From positions 1-40,138 of IMG/VR virus record IMGVR_UViG_3300032305_000524: a stretch of DNA of 40,138 nucleotides. One strand, given 5' to 3'. This document shows, piece by piece, positions 16,240-23,725 of the stretch (position 1 is the first letter of the stretch; every line of letters starts with the position of its first letter). This DNA is from a virus. Its lineage: Duplodnaviria; Caudoviricetes. A program made the position numbers and the translations under genes. The notes beneath the pieces are model-generated. The model ran no database searches. It was not told the DNA's origin and saw only the letters and a program-made list of their open reading frames with translations.

Positions 16240-17166
16240 ATGAACTACTACACAATCGAAACAGAGAAGCCTATTGCAGGCGTCGCACGTTCCGCCATGA
16301 TGGTGGACTTAAACATCGCAGTCTACTCGGGTCGCAAGCAAGACAAGAGTACGCAAGCCGAGGTCACCAATGCCAAGGGGTCAGGCTCCAAGAAAGCAGC
16401 GTCGGTGTACAAGAACTTGTTTGCTGAGTGCAAAGAGTTGGAAGCTATCACCAAGTTTCAAGCTCGTGCCCGAGCCGAACACTATCGCTTGACTCTCCCA
16501 TGGAATGACCAAGGTGCAAGACTGTTGCCCACTGCAGCCCTGCTTGAGTATCAAAAGGTTATGAACAAACATAACACCGAGTTTAATCGTTTGGTAGATG
16601 CGTTCTTGGACAAGTACGAGACACTCGTAGCAGGGGCAGCGTTCCAACTTGGTACATTGTTTGATCGCAGTGAGTACCCGAGCAGGGGCAAGGTGGCTCA
16701 GCGTTTTCGTATGGAGGCATCGTTCACCCCCTTGCCTACTGGCGGTGACTTCCGACTTGATGTGGAGAGCGAGGTACAACGCAACCTGATCGCCCAATAC
16801 GAAGAGAAGCTTGATGCCAAGCTGAAGGCAGCAAACCAAGACTCATGGACTCGTTTGTATAACGCTATCAGTAAGTTGAGTGACCGCTTGACTGTCGATG
16901 AGGATGGCAAGAAGCGTACGTTCCACGACACAACGGTGACCAATGCCGTTGACTTGTGTGAGTTGTTGCAGGTCATGAATATTACTAACGACCCTGCGTT
17001 GACGAAAGCTTCACGTAAGCTTGAGGAGGTATTGTCTGGGGTAACACCTAAAGAATTGCGTGAAGAAGATAGCACTCGTGCTTTAACTAAGATCAAGGTG
17101 GATGAAATCCTCGGCGCATTTGATTGGGGGGTAGACGATGGGGAAGATGAAGGACAAGTATCTTGA
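16240..17166 (+). CDS. DUF3150-like protein
   Basis: HYRLTLPW..GARLLP, LFDRSEYP, MNITNDP motifs; commonly linked to MoxR/VWA loci. Confidence 0.65.
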   Translation: MNYYTIETEKPIAGVARSAMMVDLNIAVYSGRKQDKSTQAEVTNAKGSGSKKAASVYKNLFAECKELEAITKFQARARAEHYRLTLPWNDQGARLLPTAALLEYQKVMNKHNTEFNRLVDAFLDKYETLVAGAAFQLGTLFDRSEYPSRGKVAQRFRMEASFTPLPTGGDFRLDVESEVQRNLIAQYEEKLDAKLKAANQDSWTRLYNAISKLSDRLTVDEDGKKRTFHDTTVTNAVDLCELLQVMNITNDPALTKASRKLEEVLSGVTPKELREEDSTRALTKIKVDEILGAFDWGVDDGEDEGQVS

Positions 17167-17518
17167 TATACAAACAATGTTGGAGGAACAGGGGTATGAC
17201 ATGAGAAAAGACGACGTTAGATTTAGTGATGCCCAACGCTTGTTGGAAAACAAACTAGGCTACAACAACCAAAACGATATGTATGAATGCAGATACGAAG
17301 AGCGTGATGGCGACTACACGCTTAAACGATGGCGGGATGGGCATGAGGAAGCCTCTCGTGGTCTTATACAAGACATACCTGATTGGCTAGATCAAATCAG
17401 ATCAGTCGCAATGGTAGGTGGGCATCTAAAGCGTGTAACTGTGCCTCCGCCTGACAACATCATGTGGTTTACAACCGATGATGACGGAAACTTACTTAAC
17501 TTTATGGAGCTTCGATGA
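17138..17518 (+). CDS. Hypothetical protein
   Basis: 126-aa ORF in operon. Confidence 0.7.
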   Translation: MGKMKDKYLDIQTMLEEQGYDMRKDDVRFSDAQRLLENKLGYNNQNDMYECRYEERDGDYTLKRWRDGHEEASRGLIQDIPDWLDQIRSVAMVGGHLKRVTVPPPDNIMWFTTDDDGNLLNFMELR

Positions 17519-17688
17519 ACTATGACAACTTGACCGATAAAGAACTAATCCGCGTTGCCGATGGGCAATCGGGGTTAATCAAAGTCTTATCTGAAAGGTT
17601 GGAGATGCGAATGCGTGACGTGGAAGATTTGATTCGCACCATACCTGACCCTAAACAACTTAACTTATTTGAGGATGACGATGCCTGA
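17515..17688 (+). CDS. Small protein with C-terminal sliding-clamp-binding-like motif QLNLF (57 aa)
   Basis: GGAG RBS, ATGA overlap; MNYDNLTDKELIRVAD...DPKQLNLFEDDDA. Confidence 0.7.
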   Translation: MNYDNLTDKELIRVADGQSGLIKVLSERLEMRMRDVEDLIRTIPDPKQLNLFEDDDA

Positions 17689-18220
17689 CATACAAACAGA
17701 AATGCAAAAGATATTGCATGCATGGGAACAACCAGAAACAACTGAACAACCAAAGGAATTAACCGTGTTCAAACCTACAAACAACGTATCACAACAAACC
17801 TTTAACTTTGTGCGAGACAACGCGGGGTGTACTCGAGCACACGCCATTCAGAAGCTTGTGCAAAGTGGACATAAGAAATCATCTGTGACATCCTTGATAG
17901 GGCAGATGCTTCGACAAGGACACATAACTAAAAACAACTACGGCATGCTATACCCCAACGGCGACGAGTACAGACCTATTAAATCAGCTAAGGTTACTGC
18001 CAAGCGAGAAGCTAAGGTAAAGAAAGCCAAAAGTTATAAGGTTATAACTTCTAAGACAACTGAGCCTAGCGCAGAGGCATTGGGACTAGCTGCATTGGCA
18101 CTTGACCACAAACCCGACATTCGTACAAACATTGACATCATCATGGATACAGTGAGTCTTAACGATGCGCATGAGTTGTATCGTCGCCTGCACCTGTACT
18201 TCGGTGGCTTGGGTAAATGA
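17681..18220 (+). CDS. Putative winged-helix DNA-binding protein
   Basis: TFNFVRDNAGCTR...SVTSLIGQMLRQGHI; Lys-rich linker; GAGG RBS. Confidence 0.6.
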   Translation: MPDIQTEMQKILHAWEQPETTEQPKELTVFKPTNNVSQQTFNFVRDNAGCTRAHAIQKLVQSGHKKSSVTSLIGQMLRQGHITKNNYGMLYPNGDEYRPIKSAKVTAKREAKVKKAKSYKVITSKTTEPSAEALGLAALALDHKPDIRTNIDIIMDTVSLNDAHELYRRLHLYFGGLGK

Positions 18221-18411
18221 AATCAAAAGCCATACTGGAGTTTGACTACCCCGACGATGAGGATGCGTTGCTGTTCGCATTGAAGGGGCAAGCTATGTAT
18301 AAGGCGTTGGCAAGTATCAAGATGGTCATGTCCGCACCTTATACTAAAGCTGAGATGGTCAGCCAAATCAAAACTGTACTCAACGAAATCTTTGAGGAAT
18401 TAGGAGAATGA
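18217..18411 (+). CDS. Hypothetical protein
   Basis: KAILEFDYPDDE motif; coupled ORF. Confidence 0.75.
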   Translation: MKSKAILEFDYPDDEDALLFALKGQAMYKALASIKMVMSAPYTKAEMVSQIKTVLNEIFEELGE

Positions 18412-19061
18412 CTAAGATATGCACATGCTGTAAACAAGAGAAGCCCTTAACAGAATTCACTCGTCGTAAGAATGTGTACAAGGGCGTAGAAACATGGGGC
18501 CACAAGTCACATTGCAAACCATGTCACACGTTGGGTAACAAGCTTGCTCGTGAAGCTAACTTAGAGAAGGCTCATGCTCGTGAGAAAGAGTTGCGTGAAC
18601 AACGCAAACTTAACAGGACACCCGAGCAGAAAGAGGAATTGCGTCTCAAATTTTTAGCGTGGAATACGGCGTGGCGTAAAGCCAACCCTGACAGAGTCAA
18701 GGCAGCAAAACTTCGCCATCGTAATCGTGCAATAGAACGCAAGCGTGAGCGATACCAAGAGAAACGAGACGAGCTTCGTGCCAAGTGCCGTGAGTACAGT
18801 CAGATACATAGAGAGGAGATTAGTGAACGACAAAGGAAGCGCCACCAACAACCCGAAGTGCGAGAGAGGTTACGCGCCTATCAACAAGCACGACGGCCAC
18901 AAGACCGAATAACAGCGCGAACGAAAATTCGCAATCTGGATACTAACTACATCAAGTTGTTAGTTCGAAGGAACATTGGACTGCCTGCGCATCTGGTATC
19001 CAAGAGCCTAATTGAAACCCAAAGACTTATTGTCCAAATCAAACGAGAGGTTAGAAAATGA
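18408..19061 (+). CDS. Zn-ribbon, Arg/Lys-rich helical protein
   Basis: KICTCCKQEKPLTEF...HCKPC N-terminus as in homing-endonuclease-associated domains; no HNH core seen. Confidence 0.7.
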   Translation: MTKICTCCKQEKPLTEFTRRKNVYKGVETWGHKSHCKPCHTLGNKLAREANLEKAHAREKELREQRKLNRTPEQKEELRLKFLAWNTAWRKANPDRVKAAKLRHRNRAIERKRERYQEKRDELRAKCREYSQIHREEISERQRKRHQQPEVRERLRAYQQARRPQDRITARTKIRNLDTNYIKLLVRRNIGLPAHLVSKSLIETQRLIVQIKREVRK

Positions 19062-19273
19062 AAAACGTTGAAGAACTACGCACCCAACTTGCATCCGTAT
19101 TCATGGGTTTGCGAGATGGCAGTGTCAAACATACAGACGCTTCCGAACTTGCCAACTTAGCGGGTAAGATGATTAACTCTGCAAAAGGCCAAGTTGAATA
19201 CTACGCCTTGCGCAAAGAAACACCATACATCCCGTTCTTGGAATCGTCTACAGATGAATCTAAAAGTACCTAA
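19058..19273 (+). CDS. Hypothetical protein
   Basis: MKNVEELRTQL...NLAGKMINSAK; GAGG RBS. Confidence 0.75.
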   Translation: MKNVEELRTQLASVFMGLRDGSVKHTDASELANLAGKMINSAKGQVEYYALRKETPYIPFLESSTDESKST

Positions 19274-19369
19274 ATGACTTGGCCTTTCCCACCATTCCCA
19301 AACCCCAAGGACACGGGCAACCGAGTCCCTAAGTTCAACCCTGACAATCACGAGGATGCACCAAGATGA
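19274..19369 (+). CDS. Small Pro-rich peptide (31 aa)
   Basis: MTWPFPPFPNPKDTGNRVPKFNPDNHEDAPR; fills the gap exactly, coupled both sides. Confidence 0.55.
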   Translation: MTWPFPPFPNPKDTGNRVPKFNPDNHEDAPR

Positions 19370-19614
19370 AAAACCCACACGTCATAATTTACACAAGGGA
19401 TAACTGCCCAAACTGTGATACAGCCAAACGGATTCTTTCGCAGGCAAAAATTGAATACGTAGATGTTGACATCACGCTAGGCAACCGACTACAAAACTTT
19501 TTAGCGGAGTACCCTGACGCCCGTCAGATGCCTCAGATATTTATCAATGACCAACGTGTCGGTGGCGTAGAAGGTTTGAAAGTTGCGCTACGTAAGTTGG
19601 GGATACTGCAATGA
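19366..19614 (+). CDS. grx: Glutaredoxin
   Basis: IYTRDNCPNC active site, QMPQIFIN..VGG. Confidence 0.92.
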   Translation: MKNPHVIIYTRDNCPNCDTAKRILSQAKIEYVDVDITLGNRLQNFLAEYPDARQMPQIFINDQRVGGVEGLKVALRKLGILQ

Positions 19615-19916
19615 AAGTACTTGACCTTATCCGCTATGACCCAATTAGAGAATGTTTTGTTCTCAAGGGTGGTACTCCACACGTACTTAATCCATGGGAT
19701 GAGTTGCGTTTAGTAGATCGCCCTAGCATCTTTTTAAAAGACCCATACTTCCGCACTAAAGGTATGGGGACAATTGCAAGTGAGAAAGAGCTAGGCTATA
19801 AACTATTTGGCACTTACTCAAAAGCACGACAACCAAACAAACACGAAGGAGAGTTAAACCATGCCACGCCCAAAGCCCCCCGAGCCACTAATAGGAAGAC
19901 AAATAAGGATGTCTGA
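19611..19916 (+). CDS. Hypothetical protein
   Basis: 101-aa coupled ORF. Confidence 0.65.
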   Translation: MKVLDLIRYDPIRECFVLKGGTPHVLNPWDELRLVDRPSIFLKDPYFRTKGMGTIASEKELGYKLFGTYSKARQPNKHEGELNHATPKAPRATNRKTNKDV

Positions 19917-20049
19917 TCGGCAATGGATTATTTTTAATCAGCTTGGTGGTGCCGAGTGGCTACGTACCATCATCACCAAGAAAGCCCCGATGCCCAAGCA
20001 GTACTATGACGCACTACTGAAGGAGCAAAACCATGGCAGCAACACCTGA
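19861..20049 (+). CDS. Small putative DNA-binding protein (RHH-like)
   Basis: MPRPKP...RQIRMSDRQW..FNQLGGAEWLR; AGGAG RBS. Confidence 0.65.
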   Translation: MPRPKPPEPLIGRQIRMSDRQWIIFNQLGGAEWLRTIITKKAPMPKQYYDALLKEQNHGSNT

Positions 20050-20329
20050 GTCCAAGGTCAAAGCCAAGATCAAAACAATCTTGAAAGCGCACGGCATTTA
20101 CTACGCCATGCCTATCGGTACTGGCTACGGCAACAGTGGAGTGCCTGACTTCCTGTGCTGTGTGAATGGTAAGTTTGTGGCTATCGAAGCCAAGGCAGGC
20201 AAGGGGCAGGCGACTGCACTGCAACTAAAAAACCTACAACTAATAAACGCTTGTGGTGGGTATACACTCATCATCCGTGAAGACAACTACGACTACCTAG
20301 AACGAATAATAGAGGAGTGCATGACATGA
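20033..20329 (+). CDS. VRR-NUC domain nuclease
   Basis: PESKVK, GVPDFL, FVAIEAKAG, TALQ motifs. Confidence 0.88.
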   Translation: MAATPESKVKAKIKTILKAHGIYYAMPIGTGYGNSGVPDFLCCVNGKFVAIEAKAGKGQATALQLKNLQLINACGGYTLIIREDNYDYLERIIEECMT

Positions 20330-20751
20330 TGCAAGCAGTACAAGTAATTATTGAACGACTCAAAACCAACCCCGAGGATTTCTTTGGGGATTTAGATGAT
20401 GGTCGCCCACAACATGTAAAGTTTGGTGAGCTTGCGTCAAAAATAGACGACCTGTTAACTGAAAAACAAGACGGACACATACACCGGCTATGGTACCTAA
20501 CCGAAGACGAGAAAGTAGCGTTGATTGACGCATACAGAGAAGCTCGACGCGCAAGGTTTGAAGCCAAAACATTTCACCAACTGTTGTCCCAACCAGAAGC
20601 CCCCACAAAACTTGGAATGGCTGAAAGACGTGGCTTAGATGGTAAACGTTTGATGCAGGGTTGGACTGACCCACGAGCAGTGGGTGCGCAGGTGCAGATA
20701 ATCAAAGATGAAGAAAAATCGTATGCCAAAAATCGTAACCCTAGACCTTGA
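20326..20751 (+). CDS. Hypothetical protein
   Basis: ORF between VRR-NUC and polymerase; start uncertain. Confidence 0.7.
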   Translation: MMQAVQVIIERLKTNPEDFFGDLDDGRPQHVKFGELASKIDDLLTEKQDGHIHRLWYLTEDEKVALIDAYREARRARFEAKTFHQLLSQPEAPTKLGMAERRGLDGKRLMQGWTDPRAVGAQVQIIKDEEKSYAKNRNPRP

Positions 20752-22615
20752 GTGCTTCTACTCAACTGAGTATTCCCTGACCAAGATTCCTACCGAGGAG
20801 TATGTGCGGTCATCTCAGTTTGAGATGATTGGCATTGCAATCAAGGTGGACGATGGCGAAACCGTTTGGTATCCCAAACCGCAAGTGGAACGGATACTGA
20901 AAGAGTTTGACTGGTCTGATGCGATGGTGGTTGCGCAGAACACTGCGTTCGATGGTGCGGTACTTGACTGGCTGTATGGCGTAAAGCCACTGGCTTGGTT
21001 GGACACGCTTGGTATGTCACGAGCCTTATACCCCCACGAGAGAGCGCATGGCTTAGCCAAGCAAGCTGAACGCATGGGTATTGGAGTCAAGGGTGACGAA
21101 GTTGTTCATGCCAAGGGTAAACACTATGCTGACTTCTCGGCAGAGGAGATGGCACGTTACGCTGAGTACTGCATCAACGACACTGAGTTAACGTACAAGC
21201 TATTCAACATGTACATGGCGATGGGTTTCCCTAAGCAAGAACTGAAACTGATGGACATGACTCTGCGTATGTTCATTGAGCCTGTACTCGAGTTGGACAA
21301 GAAGCTACTCGTTGACCACTTGGAAGCCGTGAGGGATGCCAAAGAAGCCCTGATGGAGTCTGTGCGGGACTTTATGCTGAAAGACGCTGATCCCGAATAT
21401 GTACACGCTATCTTTAGCGAGGGCATGGATGGCATCAAGAAGCTACTCATGTCTAATGACAAGTTCTCTAAGGTACTCGAGAACTACGGCGTTGTACCGC
21501 CCACAAAGGTAAGCCTGCGCACTGGTAAGGTAGCGTGGGCATTTGCCAAGACTGACGAAGAATTCAAATCACTTGAGGAGCATCCTGATGAACGAGTACA
21601 AATGCTTGTCGCAGCCCGCCTTGGAAACAAGACGACAATTGAGGAAACTCGCACTGAGCGCTTTATTGGTATGTCTACTAGAGGCAAGTTTCCTGTACCT
21701 CTACGTTACTACGGGGCACACTCTGGTCGTTGGTCTGGTCAAGACTCTGTAAACCTGCAGAACCTACCATCACGCGGAACGAACGCAGGCAAGATCAAGA
21801 AAGCTATCAAAGCCCCCGCAGGGCACGTTGTGATTGACTGCGACTCAGCGCAGATCGAGGCACGTACCTTGGCTTGGTTGGCAGGTCAGCATGACTTGGT
21901 GGATGCGTTCTCACGTTCCCAAGATGTGTACAAGCTAATGGCAAGCAAGATTTATCGGATACCTCCCGAAGATATCGACAAGCAGCAAAGACAAGTTGGC
22001 AAAGTTGTAATTCTCGGTGCGGGATATGGCGTTGGACATCATAAGTTAAAGATATTCCTCAAGATGCAGGCCGGTGTAGATGCAACCGAGGAAGAAGCAA
22101 AACGCATCATTGACGCATACAGACATGCCTACTACAAGATACCCGAGTTGTGGCGTAAAGCCGACGAAGCGTTGATAGCGTTGCGTACAGGCAACGGTTT
22201 CCAAGTAGACGAGCAAGGGCTAATTAAGGCAGTTCCGGGCAAAGGGTTAACCCTACCTAGCGGTCTCCACATCCAGTATCCAGACTTAGCCAAAGTGGTG
22301 GATGAGAAGACTAAAAAAGATCAGTGGCGTTACTTCTCTAAGGGATTACCCGTGTATATCTACGGGGGGAAAGTAGTGGAGAACGTGTGTCAAGCCGTAG
22401 CAAGGCAGGTCGTTGCGGAGCAGATGCTGAAAATCGGCAAGAAGTATAAGGTGGTGTTGACAGTTCACGATGCCGTGGCGTGTATAGCACCAATTGATGA
22501 CAAAGATGAGGCGCAACGATACGTTGAGGAGTGTATGTCATGGAGACCAAAGTGGGCACAAACTTTACCGCTAGCATGCGAATCAGGCGTCGGGGCTTCC
22601 TATGGGGATTGTTAA
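20723..22615 (+). CDS. polA: Family A DNA polymerase with 3'-5' exonuclease domain
   Basis: Exo DLE/NTAFD/YCIND; SGRWSG, NLQN, motif A DSAQIEAR, motif B RQVGKVVILGAGYG, motif C VHD. Confidence 0.95.
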   Translation: MPKIVTLDLECFYSTEYSLTKIPTEEYVRSSQFEMIGIAIKVDDGETVWYPKPQVERILKEFDWSDAMVVAQNTAFDGAVLDWLYGVKPLAWLDTLGMSRALYPHERAHGLAKQAERMGIGVKGDEVVHAKGKHYADFSAEEMARYAEYCINDTELTYKLFNMYMAMGFPKQELKLMDMTLRMFIEPVLELDKKLLVDHLEAVRDAKEALMESVRDFMLKDADPEYVHAIFSEGMDGIKKLLMSNDKFSKVLENYGVVPPTKVSLRTGKVAWAFAKTDEEFKSLEEHPDERVQMLVAARLGNKTTIEETRTERFIGMSTRGKFPVPLRYYGAHSGRWSGQDSVNLQNLPSRGTNAGKIKKAIKAPAGHVVIDCDSAQIEARTLAWLAGQHDLVDAFSRSQDVYKLMASKIYRIPPEDIDKQQRQVGKVVILGAGYGVGHHKLKIFLKMQAGVDATEEEAKRIIDAYRHAYYKIPELWRKADEALIALRTGNGFQVDEQGLIKAVPGKGLTLPSGLHIQYPDLAKVVDEKTKKDQWRYFSKGLPVYIYGGKVVENVCQAVARQVVAEQMLKIGKKYKVVLTVHDAVACIAPIDDKDEAQRYVEECMSWRPKWAQTLPLACESGVGASYGDC

Positions 22616-22656
22616 TTGGTACACTCGGGTTTGCAAAAACAAACTCGGTTTTTTCC

Positions 22657-23322
22657 ATGACGCTATCTCACTCTTACTCAAGCATCAAAGACTACGAGGG
22701 CTGTCCACGCCGATACCATGAGGTAAAGATACTAAAAAAGTATAAGTTTAAAGATACCGAGGCAACCCTATACGGCACTGCCGTACACAAAGCATTTGAA
22801 GAATACATCCGTGATAAAACACCACTTCCAGCGAGTTATGCGCACTACAAACCATTCGTGGAACCCCTTGCCAACTTCCAAGGCGACGTTCGTTGCGAAG
22901 AGAAACTTGGCATCCGAGCAAACTTTACCCCTTGTGGATTCTTTGACAAAGACGTATGGTTCAGAGGCATCCCAGACTACCTTGCAATCAACCACAACAA
23001 CGGCGTTGCAAGAGTAGCCGACTACAAGACCGGCAAGTCAAGCCGATATGCGGACAGCGCTCAGTTAGAACTAATGGCAGCTATGGTGATGATTCACCAT
23101 CCCAACGTAAATACCGTTAAAGGGGCGCTGCTGTTTGTTGTGGTTGGCGATGTAATTAAGTCTGAGTACACTCGGGCACAGTTGCCTGAAATCCTGTCTA
23201 AATGGGCTGGCAGGGCTAGTGCAATCGAAGCAGCGGTAGTGCATGGGGTGTGGAATCCCAAAAGTTCTCCGCTATGTAAGTTCTGCCCAGTTACTACATG
23301 TGAGAATCACAATGGCCACTAA
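22657..23322 (+). CDS. PD-(D/E)XK Cas4/RecB-like exonuclease
   Basis: SYSSIKDYEGCP, GTAVH, GIPD, DYKTG, QL, CKFCP...C. Confidence 0.88.
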   Translation: MTLSHSYSSIKDYEGCPRRYHEVKILKKYKFKDTEATLYGTAVHKAFEEYIRDKTPLPASYAHYKPFVEPLANFQGDVRCEEKLGIRANFTPCGFFDKDVWFRGIPDYLAINHNNGVARVADYKTGKSSRYADSAQLELMAAMVMIHHPNVNTVKGALLFVVVGDVIKSEYTRAQLPEILSKWAGRASAIEAAVVHGVWNPKSSPLCKFCPVTTCENHNGH

Positions 23323-23596
23323 ACGAAACTATAAGCAAGAATACGAACGGTATCAGGGTACGCCTAAACAGTTGGCTGCCCAATCCGAAAGACACAAGGC
23401 TAGACGGGCATACGAGAAGGCTCATGGCACTCTGCCTGACGATGTAGACGTAGACCATAAGAAGGCTATGTCCAAGGGCGGTACGTCTAAGTTAAGCAAT
23501 CTCCGTGCCTCACCGCAGTCTGAAAACACAAGTTTTTCCCGCACTAAATCTGGTGCATTAAAGTCACAAATTTCTAAGCGGGAACGTAAAAAATAA
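23312..23596 (+). CDS. HNH endonuclease
   Basis: DVDHKKAMSKGG...NLR...N. Confidence 0.82.
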   Translation: MATKRNYKQEYERYQGTPKQLAAQSERHKARRAYEKAHGTLPDDVDVDHKKAMSKGGTSKLSNLRASPQSENTSFSRTKSGALKSQISKRERKK

Positions 23597-23674
23597 TGTA
23601 ATATGAACCCACTTAGCGGTTGCCACTTCTAAGTTGTTTCATTTGGTTTCCTTTCTCCTCCCAGTAATGGGTTT

Positions 23675-23704
23675 GCCCAGTAGCAGTGCTACTGGGCTAT
23701 TTTT
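23675..23704 (+). terminator. Intrinsic terminator-like hairpin
   Basis: GCCCAGTAGC-AGT-GCTACTGGGC then TATTTTT. Confidence 0.7.
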
Positions 23705-23725
23705 GTCACCTCTATTCAAATTTAT

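Larger units (their letters stand above)
8715..18051. repeat. Dispersed 22-bp near-palindromic repeat AAA(C/G)(T/C)TATAA(CC/GG)TTATAACTT(T/C), 12 copies
   Basis: Copies start at 8715, 9207, 9845, 10448, 10717, 11549, 12365, 13471, 14352, 15558, 16208, 18030; degenerate copy at 7409. Confidence 0.95.

Noticed and set aside
8715-18051. 22-bp repeats as a CRISPR array
   Set aside because: Spacing is 269-1822 bp with whole genes between copies, not 30-40-bp spacers; no cas operon
22657-23322. Cas4 as evidence of CRISPR adaptation
   Set aside because: Stand-alone Cas4-like exonucleases are routine in phage replication modules; no cas1/cas2 or array
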